Shown piece by piece: positions 25,806 to 35,377 of a DNA stretch of 54,205 nt. A program made the position numbers and the translations under genes. The stretch's first letter is position 1. Every line of letters starts with the position of its first letter. The notes beneath the pieces are model-generated. The model had not been told where the DNA came from. It did no database searches and saw only the letters and a list, made by a program, of their open reading frames with translations. Origin of the DNA: an uncultured virus (IMG/VR IMGVR_UViG_3300028557_000015) (Duplodnaviria > Heunggongvirae > Uroviricota > Caudoviricetes); IMG/VR virus record IMGVR_UViG_3300028557_000015, positions 62,001 to 116,205 of that record. One strand, 5' to 3'.

Positions 25806-28800
25806 TTAGATAAGTTTATTAGCATCGGAAGCTAATTCAGTCGATTTCTTTAATAACGCTAACATTTTTACTTGTTGTGCAATATATTCTTGTTTTGCAG
25901 TTTCAATTCCCGGATCTCCTGCAGGCAAATCTTCTGTCGCTTTGCGTAGAGCCAATGTTGCCGTAGATACTACCTCCTTTTGTACATCAATTTCAGCCGT
26001 TATATCATTAAGTTGTTTTAATTTTTCTTGTAATTTATTTACTGCCACAGTACCTGAAGTTTCCCCTGTCGTTGCAGGATTGCCGGCGTAGTTTGGTGTA
26101 GGTATTTTACTGCTACCAAATAAATTCTCTAGTTGACTTGCTAAAGCAGGGCGAGTATTATCAGTTCTAGTACCTATATTTGGTAATGTTATTGGCACTG
26201 ACCCACCCGAACTTAATGATGCTATTGAACTATTCAATTTAGCAGCCAATGCAGGACTTAGTCCAATACTCGCTAATGCTTGTAATGATGCGCCGGGTAA
26301 TTTTAGTTGATTGATTAAACTACTTGCACCACCTGGTAATGAGCCTATATTTACAGCCGCATTAACTTGTCCCAAAGCGGCTGTTATTCCAGCAGTTCCA
26401 GGTATTAGATTTACCGCACCTTTAGCATTATCTATAATATTTGATACAGCACTTTGTGCTCCCGGTAATCCACTTAGTCCAGTCGATGCACTTGCTGGTA
26501 ATGTTGCTTTAGCCGCATTTACTGCATTTTCTGCGGCTGATGCTAAATTAGTAGAAGCTCCTAAACCAGTAGTAACTGCTGTTGTAACACTTGCTAGTCC
26601 ATTAGTAGCTGATGAGGCTGCTCCTGAGGCAATACTTGCGGCATCTATTCCTGAGTTTGCAGCCGCAGATTTTAGTACTCCTGCAACATCGCTAGCTTCT
26701 GTACCAGACGCTTGTACATCTGCTGTAGCCTTATCAGCAATTTGTTTTAAGTTTTGCGGAACGCCTGCCTTGAGAGTTGGAAATCCTTTAGTAATTGCGG
26801 CAAACGCACTACCAGCAACACCTTTAGCACTATCTAATAACCCACTTAGTCCGCCACCTAGTTTTGTTAAACCACCTAATGATGTTGCAATAGAACCTAA
26901 TCCACCTGTTACAACTGAAGTTAAGTTGGCTGCAAAATTACCAGAAGATATTGCACCAGTTACACTACCTAACATTGTGTTGACTGCTCCACCTGCCTTA
27001 CCCACTATTCCAGAAACTCCGCCGACACCTAATGCACCTGATGCTGTTTTTAAATAATTAACAGTACTAGCTAAACCAACACTGGCAGTAGCAGTAACTA
27101 GTCCGGCAATTTGACCAGATGCTTCTTTGCCTGTTATAACGCCTGCTTGTGTAAGTTGTGTTTGTGCTTGTTGGAAGTTACTAACTTGTGTTTGAACCTG
27201 TGCTGTAGGATTATTAATATAAGTTGCGATGTTTTCTGCTCCCGGCTTTCCTGTAAAAATAGCCGAAGGCATCGCCTGTTCAATTGTTTTACCTGAACTA
27301 ATTAATGCATTTACTAATGTGGCTGATCCAGGTTTAATTACACCAGCCGCTTCAAGTTGTTGCGTAGATTGTGCCATTTTACCTATTACAGCAGTACCGT
27401 CTACCACTCCTGCTCCTAGTTTAACTGCGGCAGCGGCTTTTCCAGTCTGTGCCGCTGTTGCAACAGCACCAACCATACCGGTTGTAGTATTTGTATCTAG
27501 TGCTTTACTGATTGCCCCAGTCACTGGAACAGTTGATGCTACACTAGGTGCAACCGGTGCACTAGGTGTACTTGGTACAGAAGCATTAGTGGCTGCAACA
27601 GCCGCTGAGGGTGCGCTTGGGAAGTTTGCACTAGCATTGTTATCTACTTTTACATCAACACCTTGATTTGCACTAGCCCAAGGACTATGTGCAGGTGCTC
27701 TACTTACAATGCTTACTAATGCTCCCGGTGCTGCCGCCCAACCTTTTGTAGCATCGTATAGTGTATCAGTGTGTGCCACTCTAGTTAGTGGTTTGACTAC
27801 CTGAGGAACTGTACCTGATGAACCTGTGTTCAAGTTAATCTTACTACCATTGATATATGTTGTATTCTGACTTGCAAAACTTGCTTCACCACCTGATTTA
27901 AAACTCATTTGGTAATCAGTTTTTAATGTGTATTTACCTAATGTATAAGTTGAGAAATCTGTGCCCGCTTTGATTTCCATCTTTTTGTCAGTCTCAATAT
28001 TAATATTCTCTGCTGAGATTTTTAAATCTTTTTTAGCATTTATATTAATATTGTTATCAGCGTGTAGATTTAAATCACCCTGTGTTCGTATGTTAACTGA
28101 GTTAGTAGCGTACATATCAATTGTACCTTCTTTACCTAACTCTATCCAACTTTGTCCGTTAGCGTGAATAATGAACAAACATTGTCCGTCATCACTCATT
28201 AATATCTGATGACCTAAGCTACTACGTAATCTTACTAATTGGTCTCTACCTAATAGATCACCATCATCCATTACAATACTGTGACCAACTCTACGTGAAG
28301 TTATTTTTAAACTACTTTGTTGTCCTGTTCCAGTTGCGGCATCTGCAATCGTTTCATCTGTAAATCCACCTTCATATATAGGTCTACCTGGTGTATTAAC
28401 TCCCCAACCAACACGACTAGGACTTTCACGTTGACTACTGGTTCCTATAGTACCACGTATTGTATCTCTTATTAGACCTTGTTGATTTAATACGCCTGCA
28501 AGATAACTGTTAACTGGTTTAGGTTCATTATAAAAAGCAGGACTATTATTGATTGCATCGTTATTAGTATTGATATTAGTTACTGGAAGTTTCTTTGCAC
28601 CACCGTAACTATTTGCTTCACTAGGATTTAATACAGCAGTTTCAGTTGATCCGTTAGCTGGCACCATGTATAATGCTTCTGGCTCAGGTACACAACCAAT
28701 CCAATAACCATAGTTAGGATCACCATTAATAAAAATACATATAACAGTTGTGCCTATATCCGGTGGACTATTCCACACACCATAACTAATTGGATTTTGC

Positions 28801-29066
28801 AAATATGTGCCATACCCTGTCTTGTCACCTGTACCCTCAGTCAAGCCATAGAATGAAGTCATATAGTTGACGGTTACCCAACTATTGGCATCATCTGGAT
28901 CTGTACCGCCCATATCACTTAGGTATACACGTAATCTACCCGAACGTATAGGGTCGATGTTATCTTTTACTATTCCAAATACAGGTACAGGACTAACTAC
29001 TGCACCACCTGCACCTAGTTTATTTGCGCTTGTTGCGCCTTTGGGTTTAAAGATATTATTTGCCAT
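25806..29066 (-). CDS. Baseplate central spike, gp5/VgrG-like, with long Ala/Gly-rich C-terminal extension
   Basis: N-terminal OB-fold motif 'GIVKDNIDP.RSGRLRV..W...PPDIGT.V', then 'GH..MDD...RLRS..GHQILM.D' beta-helix repeats. Confidence 0.75.
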   Translation of the reverse strand: MANNIFKPKGATSANKLGAGGAVVSPVPVFGIVKDNIDPIRSGRLRVYLSDMGGTDPDDANSWVTVNYMTSFYGLTEGTGDKTGYGTYLQNPISYGVWNSPPDIGTTVICIFINGDPNYGYWIGCVPEPEALYMVPANGSTETAVLNPSEANSYGGAKKLPVTNINTNNDAINNSPAFYNEPKPVNSYLAGVLNQQGLIRDTIRGTIGTSSQRESPSRVGWGVNTPGRPIYEGGFTDETIADAATGTGQQSSLKITSRRVGHSIVMDDGDLLGRDQLVRLRSSLGHQILMSDDGQCLFIIHANGQSWIELGKEGTIDMYATNSVNIRTQGDLNLHADNNININAKKDLKISAENINIETDKKMEIKAGTDFSTYTLGKYTLKTDYQMSFKSGGEASFASQNTTYINGSKINLNTGSSGTVPQVVKPLTRVAHTDTLYDATKGWAAAPGALVSIVSRAPAHSPWASANQGVDVKVDNNASANFPSAPSAAVAATNASVPSTPSAPVAPSVASTVPVTGAISKALDTNTTTGMVGAVATAAQTGKAAAAVKLGAGVVDGTAVIGKMAQSTQQLEAAGVIKPGSATLVNALISSGKTIEQAMPSAIFTGKPGAENIATYINNPTAQVQTQVSNFQQAQTQLTQAGVITGKEASGQIAGLVTATASVGLASTVNYLKTASGALGVGGVSGIVGKAGGAVNTMLGSVTGAISSGNFAANLTSVVTGGLGSIATSLGGLTKLGGGLSGLLDSAKGVAGSAFAAITKGFPTLKAGVPQNLKQIADKATADVQASGTEASDVAGVLKSAAANSGIDAASIASGAASSATNGLASVTTAVTTGLGASTNLASAAENAVNAAKATLPASASTGLSGLPGAQSAVSNIIDNAKGAVNLIPGTAGITAALGQVNAAVNIGSLPGGASSLINQLKLPGASLQALASIGLSPALAAKLNSSIASLSSGGSVPITLPNIGTRTDNTRPALASQLENLFGSSKIPTPNYAGNPATTGETSGTVAVNKLQEKLKQLNDITAEIDVQKEVVSTATLALRKATEDLPAGDPGIETAKQEYIAQQVKMLALLKKSTELASDANKLI

Positions 29067-31681
29067 TATGCGCCTTCACCCGGTCTTGCACCAGTAAGTA
29101 ATGTTGTGTTTTCTGTTTCTCTACCTGCATCCGGACTTTGAGAATTAGCAATACCGGATTGTGTTTGACCTGCATTTTGAACGCTATCGTCATTTGCTAC
29201 ACCTTGATTTGTGCTTTCTGTTGTAGTTGTAGTTGGAGTATCGGCATAGTCATATGATAAATTTTCTGGCTGTTGAATTGCCGCTTGAACAGCGACTGCC
29301 TCAGCTACACCAGTTGCGTCATCTTGCGTAAACCCAGTTGATGCCGATGTGCTACTTCCACTACTTGGTGTTGATCCATTTCCTCCTTCGCTTGTGCTAG
29401 TGCGTACATCTGAACTTGATAAATCAATTCTTCTAGGATCATTTGCCGCAAATGTTGCCCTTGCATTGGCAGCAGTTTCAGTAGTTAATGCTACGCCCGT
29501 TCTTGCGGCTGTAGCATCTGTTACATTTGCTCTTCCACCAAGTGCCGCCGCCGGTGTTCCTACTACGCCCGGGAAATCATTGATGGTACAATTTAATACT
29601 TGCTCAAACTTGCCACCTCTAAAATTATGTTCTATATCAAGAACCATAAAGCTAACACCCTTAACCTTATTAGCTACTGCGGCAGGATAGTTCCAAAAGT
29701 ATATAGATTCGTTGATGTTTAATAAACCGTCACTATTTGTGTAATCCACTGCTTCTTTAAAATCTATCTCAATAAAAACTTGTCCACCGTTAGGATTAAT
29801 AGTAAACCCATCACTACCGTAAAACTGATTATAAACTTGATTAACACTTGCCGGTGTTTCTTGCACCAGATAATCAGGATCACCTAATATAGTAACTTTG
29901 GCTTTAGTATATGAACCTGGATCAAACAGACTAGTCATATATGCGTTTTGTGCTTCCATACCCACATCTTGTCTTCCCTGTGTATCTTGGTTTTGTTTTT
30001 TATTAGGAAATGTAGGTATGTTTGCCCCTCCGCCTTGACTTGCTGGATCGCCATTAGGTGTTAGTGCCACATTCATAAATGTATTATCCATAGTCTGTTC
30101 ATATGATATAACTTCACTGTTCTTGCCAGTAAACCAATATTCATATCGTTTGTGCGGACCATAATACTTACTAGATTTTGTGTATGGTGAGGATGCAGCC
30201 GGAGTTTCATATGGTTGTATTACATATGTAATTTCATATGCAAAATCACCTACTTTAGTATCAAAACCTAATGCTTTAACTTCAGTGCTTAAATTATACC
30301 ATTTAACAGGAGGTATATCTTTTTTTGTAACAACTTCTGGACTGTTCGTGTCAGGGTCAGGTTCTTCACTAGCAACAAATATAACTTTAAGCGCATCTTC
30401 CATATATGAACTTTGCTTAATAATATTATTAATAGCTTGAGGAATAGGTGTACCTTTATCAATTTGAATTAATCTTTTAGTAGTGTCAGGTACCGATTTA
30501 ACGCTTGTCCCTTCAGTTACTTCATTTGAGTTATCTGCCCTACTCATTGGTTGTTTTTTTCTATCAGGATCTGCTTTGCTAACAAGACTTGCATTTTGTA
30601 TAAGACTAGTATCACCTATAAATCTAACTTTATACACATTTGGTATTTCAACTGAACCTTGTGTTTTTAGTGTTTGTTGATTTTCATTTAATGTTTTTAG
30701 TAAACTAGTAATACCATCACCTTCACCATCTAATGCTTCTTTAACCGTTCCAGCAACAATTGGTACTTTATTATCTGCTGTTCCTCTAGCAATACCCATT
30801 CCTACGTTAGTAGCTATAACGTTAGCTGTTATATTATAAGTTGTAGCACCACCATTAATTTTAAACTTCATTGCAGTTATAACAATGTCATAAAATCTTT
30901 CATATACACCACTAGCATCAGGACTAGTATTAAGTGTATCACTAGCAAATACTTCACTTGCATTTGCAATGTTTCCATTTTTGTCATAACCTTGAAAACG
31001 TATACCTAAAACAAAAAACTGTCTGCTTGCGTTAGCCGATTTATCGTAGTTTTTTAATTTACTATTTTTTCTTAATGCATCACTTGCTCTTTTTAGTTTA
31101 GTGATAAACGAAAAGCCATACGGTTCATAAATGTTAAATGTAAGTCCAGTAACATTAGATGCAGTTTGAGTATTTTTTCCATTGATAGCTGATTTAATTT
31201 TTAAATCGTCTATATAATAATCCAATTCAAATCCAGGTGCTCGTTTACTTGTTTTGTTATTGATGCCACCAGATTGTGCAATTAAGAATGCACCACCGTT
31301 CGTTGATTGACCACTAGCATCAGTCTGACTTAGTGCATTAATATTTTTTCTACCTGATAATTGAAAAGCATCATATGCATCGGGGGTAATCATATACAAA
31401 CTTAATTGATATGTGTAACTACTAAAATTTCCTAAGGGGTTTTGTAATCTGCTACCAGGTTTAGGTGACTTGCCTACCCCTTTATCTACTACACTATTTC
31501 CTGCAGGCTTTTGAGCTTGGCCGGCTTGAGTTTGACCTGCAAAACTTTCATTAAGAGTTTCCATCTCATTACTACCAGTTGCAGTAGCATTGCTTTCCAT
31601 TGCGGCAACTCTAGCGGCATAATCAATATCATAAGTTATATCACCGTCTGACGGAGTACCACCTAAATTATTAGTTGCCAT
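29066..31681 (-). CDS. Baseplate hub protein (gp27-like)
   Basis: 871 aa with 'NPL..FSSYTY..SLY', 'F.I.EPYG.SF', 'I.GDP.Y' and 'H.F..GKF.Q.L' motifs; sits between the gp53-like and gp5-like genes. Confidence 0.55.
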   Translation of the reverse strand: MATNNLGGTPSDGDITYDIDYAARVAAMESNATATGSNEMETLNESFAGQTQAGQAQKPAGNSVVDKGVGKSPKPGSRLQNPLGNFSSYTYQLSLYMITPDAYDAFQLSGRKNINALSQTDASGQSTNGGAFLIAQSGGINNKTSKRAPGFELDYYIDDLKIKSAINGKNTQTASNVTGLTFNIYEPYGFSFITKLKRASDALRKNSKLKNYDKSANASRQFFVLGIRFQGYDKNGNIANASEVFASDTLNTSPDASGVYERFYDIVITAMKFKINGGATTYNITANVIATNVGMGIARGTADNKVPIVAGTVKEALDGEGDGITSLLKTLNENQQTLKTQGSVEIPNVYKVRFIGDTSLIQNASLVSKADPDRKKQPMSRADNSNEVTEGTSVKSVPDTTKRLIQIDKGTPIPQAINNIIKQSSYMEDALKVIFVASEEPDPDTNSPEVVTKKDIPPVKWYNLSTEVKALGFDTKVGDFAYEITYVIQPYETPAASSPYTKSSKYYGPHKRYEYWFTGKNSEVISYEQTMDNTFMNVALTPNGDPASQGGGANIPTFPNKKQNQDTQGRQDVGMEAQNAYMTSLFDPGSYTKAKVTILGDPDYLVQETPASVNQVYNQFYGSDGFTINPNGGQVFIEIDFKEAVDYTNSDGLLNINESIYFWNYPAAVANKVKGVSFMVLDIEHNFRGGKFEQVLNCTINDFPGVVGTPAAALGGRANVTDATAARTGVALTTETAANARATFAANDPRRIDLSSSDVRTSTSEGGNGSTPSSGSSTSASTGFTQDDATGVAEAVAVQAAIQQPENLSYDYADTPTTTTTESTNQGVANDDSVQNAGQTQSGIANSQSPDAGRETENTTLLTGARPGEGA

Positions 31682-31682
31682 A

Positions 31683-31994
31683 TTATATACCTAATACTTG
31701 TTTTAGTGTTGACGCTTCTGGTAAATAGATGCTAGTGCCGGTAGTAAAATCAAAAAACGGATCTGATAATGCATTAGGGTTTCTGCTAGCAAAGACCCAC
31801 CATAACTTAGGATTAGCATATAAGTCATATGCTAACATATCCGGACGTAAATTATAGGTTGTTGTTATTTCCCAATATCTATCACTACCTAATTTAGGTA
31901 TAGGTCTATCAACTAGTGTATCTAAAAATCTACCATTCACTACACCGGTAGCGTAATACGGACTTGATGCAGGATATAAACTATTACTAGGCAT
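31683..31994 (-). CDS. gp53-like/LysM-like baseplate protein
   Basis: 103 aa with 'Y..RPDMLAYDLY..P.LWWVFA.RNP' motif. Confidence 0.75.
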   Translation of the reverse strand: MPSNSLYPASSPYYATGVVNGRFLDTLVDRPIPKLGSDRYWEITTTYNLRPDMLAYDLYANPKLWWVFASRNPNALSDPFFDFTTGTSIYLPEASTLKQVLGI

Positions 31995-33274
31995 TACCAG
32001 ATACCTCCACCTGATCGTTTGCTTCCGCGTAACAATTGACCGGTAGCGTATTCTTTGAGACTGAACTTGTTACTGATATCATTTCTAGTAACGATCGGAA
32101 TACAAGTGATTTGTAATTGTAATTTTGTAGGTACATAGGTTGCTTCAGAGTTAATTAGTGAATTTTGTGTTGAAAAGTTTGGTGGCCTTGGATTCAATCC
32201 ATTATTTGCCCTTCTAAATACACTTGCAACAAAAGTATTTACTATTGTATTTTGTTGTGCTACATTTACTCCGGGTTGATTTGTCTGACTACCTGCACGT
32301 ATATAATCTACTTCAGTTGGAGTATTATATGTAAAATTAGTAACAACTAATGGATGAGCATCAAACGTGTAAGCACCAAAGCCACTCAAATAACATAACG
32401 GGGGAGGTACACCATTATTGGGGTTCTGATCCTGACCATAGAACATCTTAGTTACACTACGGAAAAAATGTATTACAGCTAATAAGTAGTTTGCTTCTGT
32501 TGTATCTTGTGCTGTAAAATCAGCCGTGATTGAAACGGTATCTACACTACTACCCTTATACTGATAAACTTTATAGTTGCTATGAACTAAATCACTTGGA
32601 TCATAACCTGCACTATATGTTACTGATATGCCAGGTGTATATGGAAAGATTACCCCGTCTGTTGCTTGTAGTGGTGCTAATATTCCCGCTTGTCCTTTTG
32701 GCACATTATACAAATAATTTGAATTTGGTGCTAGACTTAATCTTGCTCGCCAATCTGGTTTCTGTTGAAAATTAGCTGTATCTTGTTTTGTAGCAGTACT
32801 ACGTGTATTGTTTACTGCTGTTGATATACCTTGTCCACTGCCACCGGCTGTTGGATCAAATACACTTTCAGTAACCTCTTGTCTAGGATCAAATACACTT
32901 TCAGTAACCTCTTGTCTAGGATCAAATACGTTTTCTGTTATAGAGTTGGGTGATGTTACTGTTTGTCCTTCTTCACCAATATTTGTGTTGGGGTCACTGG
33001 CAAGACTTATTGTTTGTTGGGCTTGAGGTATTTCTTGATTTTGTGCTTCTTCACCAATATTTGTATTAGGATCTGATGCGACTAATAGGTTGTTCAACTC
33101 ATTCTGAAGCTGAATTAGTGTATTTCTTGCTGTTGCTAACTGTCTTTCTATATCAGCAATTACAGCAGGATCAGGTTGTGGAGAACCGGAAGCCGCATCT
33201 AATTGAAGTTCTAATGATGCTATTTCAGCTTGGGTTGATGCAATATCAGCGTCTAGTTGAGCTTGTGATGCCAT
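31994..33274 (-). CDS. Tail tube initiator/baseplate-tube junction protein (gp48/gp54-like) with repetitive N-terminus
   Basis: C-terminal 'G..FPYTP.I...Y.A.Y......HSNY...Y..S', 'FFRSVTKMFYG' and 'G.PPP...L.G.G' motifs; coiled-coil, repetitive N-terminus. Confidence 0.6.
   Translation of the reverse strand: MASQAQLDADIASTQAEIASLELQLDAASGSPQPDPAVIADIERQLATARNTLIQLQNELNNLLVASDPNTNIGEEAQNQEIPQAQQTISLASDPNTNIGEEGQTVTSPNSITENVFDPRQEVTESVFDPRQEVTESVFDPTAGGSGQGISTAVNNTRSTATKQDTANFQQKPDWRARLSLAPNSNYLYNVPKGQAGILAPLQATDGVIFPYTPGISVTYSAGYDPSDLVHSNYKVYQYKGSSVDTVSITADFTAQDTTEANYLLAVIHFFRSVTKMFYGQDQNPNNGVPPPLCYLSGFGAYTFDAHPLVVTNFTYNTPTEVDYIRAGSQTNQPGVNVAQQNTIVNTFVASVFRRANNGLNPRPPNFSTQNSLINSEATYVPTKLQLQITCIPIVTRNDISNKFSLKEYATGQLLRGSKRSGGGIW
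32853..32929. repeat. 33-bp tandem repeat (2.3 copies) encoding VFDPRQEVTES
   Basis: GGATCAAATACACTTTCAGTAACCTCTTGTCTA at 32853 and 32886, with a partial copy at 32919. Confidence 0.95.
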
Positions 33275-33347
33275 AATATGTTGTTATCCTTACACATATT
33301 TATCGCTAAATAAAAGTGCTGTTTTTACCCTTTCCCTCACAAAATCG

Positions 33348-33376
33348 TTGCTTTTCAGCAACAATAATGCTATAAT
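33348..33376 (+). promoter_or_regulatory. Sigma70-type (early/middle) promoter for the late sigma gene
   Basis: TTGCTT (33348-53), 17-nt spacer, TGc-TATAAT (33371-76); GGAG RBS downstream. Confidence 0.75.
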
Positions 33377-33401
33377 CATTACAACATAATAACGGAGAAA
33401 T

Positions 33402-34310
33402 ATGTCCTTACCATCAAGAAAACCTGTCAACTATTTAAATAATAAAGACATTCTAAAAGAAATACACGAAAGCAAAAACGCATACTGCTACTTTACAGAT
33501 CCAAGTTATCATCGCTATGATTTTATTGTAGATATGCCACAATCAAGTATTGAGGATAGTTTAGAATATGCTTTCAAGCCAGAAACTATACAGCAAGCAA
33601 AAGAAACTCGGGCACTACGATTAAGTTTAGAACAGGGTAGTAAGGATGCAGTTAGCCCAGATTCTATCCCCGTTACAGATTTAGTATTTCGTGTAATGAA
33701 TTGGGATCACGTTCCGGTCGCACCAAAACAACCCCGCAAAACAGTTAAAAAGAAAACAGCAAAAGATATCTTTGAGTTTGAGGAACCAAATCCAGATGAG
33801 ATTTTTGCCGACTTAGAAGATAATACAACCAAAGCTGAAGTGGATGACATGGTTCACGTTAAAGTTAACTTCCCACCATTCCAACATTATAAAATTGATG
33901 AAAATAATACATTCTATTGTGTGGGTAAAAGTCATTGGGAAGGTGATTTGGAAACAGGCAATTTCAATAAAGACCACGGCAAAATCACAAACAAGCTTGC
34001 CCGTATGTACATTATGATGTGTGAAAAATATGCAATGAAATACAATTGGCGTGGATACACATACAATGACGAAATGCGTAATAGTGCTATCTTACAATTA
34101 ACTTATGTTGGTCTACGTTTCAATGAAGCTAAAAGTGCAAACCCATTCGCTTACTACACAGCCGCTATCACTAATAGTTTCTGCAGGGTATTGAATACAG
34201 AAAAACGTAATCAAAACATACGTGATGATATTTTAGAAATCAATGGTCTAAACCCAAGTTGGAGTAGACAGGGTTCGGGTGGAACTGTATCCACTGTGTA
34301 CGAAGAATAA
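33402..34310 (+). CDS. Late-transcription sigma factor, T4 gp55-like
   Basis: 'NYLNNKDILKEI', 'NWRGYTYNDEM' and 'F...KSANPFAYYT' motifs; gp55-gp47-gp46 gene order as in T4-like phages. Confidence 0.8.
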   Translation: MSLPSRKPVNYLNNKDILKEIHESKNAYCYFTDPSYHRYDFIVDMPQSSIEDSLEYAFKPETIQQAKETRALRLSLEQGSKDAVSPDSIPVTDLVFRVMNWDHVPVAPKQPRKTVKKKTAKDIFEFEEPNPDEIFADLEDNTTKAEVDDMVHVKVNFPPFQHYKIDENNTFYCVGKSHWEGDLETGNFNKDHGKITNKLARMYIMMCEKYAMKYNWRGYTYNDEMRNSAILQLTYVGLRFNEAKSANPFAYYTAAITNSFCRVLNTEKRNQNIRDDILEINGLNPSWSRQGSGGTVSTVYEE

Positions 34311-34317
34311 TTTAACC

Positions 34318-34354
34318 AAAGCCGTTGCTATATGTGACGGCTTTATTATATAAT
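34318..34354 (+). promoter_or_regulatory. Hairpin overlapping a sigma70-like promoter for gp47
   Basis: Hairpin AAAGCCGTTGC-TATAT-GTGACGGCTTT. TTGCTA (34325), 18 nt, TATAAT (34349-54), ending 6 nt before ATG 34361. Confidence 0.5.
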
Positions 34355-34360
34355 AGACAA

Positions 34361-35377
34361 ATGAGTAACCTTTTTAAAAAAGCCGCTGTGTTCACTGATA
34401 TTCATTTTGGATTGAAGTCAAACAGCCTACAACACAACCAAGACTGTTCCGATTTCGTAGATTGGTTCATTAAAAAAGCAAAGAGTGAAGGGTGTGAAAC
34501 TTGTTTCTTCTTGGGCGATTATAATCATCATCGTGCAAGTATTAACATTCACACATTACAATTTGGATTACAAGCATTGGAGAAACTAAGTGCTAACTTT
34601 GATACTGTATATTTTATACCAGGCAATCACGATCTTTATTATCGTGACCGTAGGGACATTCATAGTGTTGAGTGGGCTAAACATTTACCAAATGTTAAAA
34701 TCATCAACAACTTCTTCCAAGAAGGAGATGTAGTTATTGCACCTTGGCTAGTACAAGATGATTACAAGAAATTACAAAAGATGAGTGGCAAATATATGTT
34801 TGGTCATTTTGAGTTGCCCAGATTCTATATGAACGCAATGGTTGAGATGCCCGATCACGGTGAAATTAATGAAAATCATATGACTGGCTTTGAAAAAGTA
34901 TTCAGTGGTCACTTTCATAAACGTCAAGCACGTAAGAACATTTGGTATATTGGTAATGCTTTCCCACATAACTATGCTGATGCAGGTGATGATGCACGTG
35001 GTATGATGATATTAGAATGGGGCAATGAACCAGAGTTTTATACTTGGCCTAGACAACCTGTATTTCGTGTTCATAAATTAAGTAATATTTTAGAAAACCC
35101 TGAGGGATTGCTATTGATTGATAGTTATGTTAGAGTACATCTTGACATTGAAATCTCATATGAAGAAGCAAACTTCTTACGTGAGACATGGATACCAGAA
35201 CATAAACTAAGAGAGATGGCACTAATTCCTATGAAGGTAGAAACAAATGAGAATGGTCAAACGGCGGACGGACTTAAGTTTGAATCCGTAGACCAAATTA
35301 TTATTGACCAAATTAACAGTATTGAATCAAATAATTTTGATAAGAAGATTCTTTTGGACATTTACAACAATCTATGA
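34361..35377 (+). CDS. Recombination endonuclease subunit gp47 (Mre11/SbcD-like)
   Basis: Metallophosphoesterase motifs DIHFG, GD, GNHD, GHFE, SGHFH. ATG 34361 preferred over TTG 34325. Confidence 0.9.
   Translation: MSNLFKKAAVFTDIHFGLKSNSLQHNQDCSDFVDWFIKKAKSEGCETCFFLGDYNHHRASINIHTLQFGLQALEKLSANFDTVYFIPGNHDLYYRDRRDIHSVEWAKHLPNVKIINNFFQEGDVVIAPWLVQDDYKKLQKMSGKYMFGHFELPRFYMNAMVEMPDHGEINENHMTGFEKVFSGHFHKRQARKNIWYIGNAFPHNYADAGDDARGMMILEWGNEPEFYTWPRQPVFRVHKLSNILENPEGLLLIDSYVRVHLDIEISYEEANFLRETWIPEHKLREMALIPMKVETNENGQTADGLKFESVDQIIIDQINSIESNNFDKKILLDIYNNL

Noticed and set aside
26311..27666. Long antisense ORFs (248 and 145 aa); likewise 41545-42300 and the many short opposite-strand ORFs
   Set aside because: These are shadows of Ala/Gly/Thr-rich genes with biased codons; no RBS, promoter or protein motifs.
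32853..32929. 33-bp repeats as a mini-CRISPR array
   Set aside because: The repeats are contiguous, have no spacers and are in frame within a CDS.
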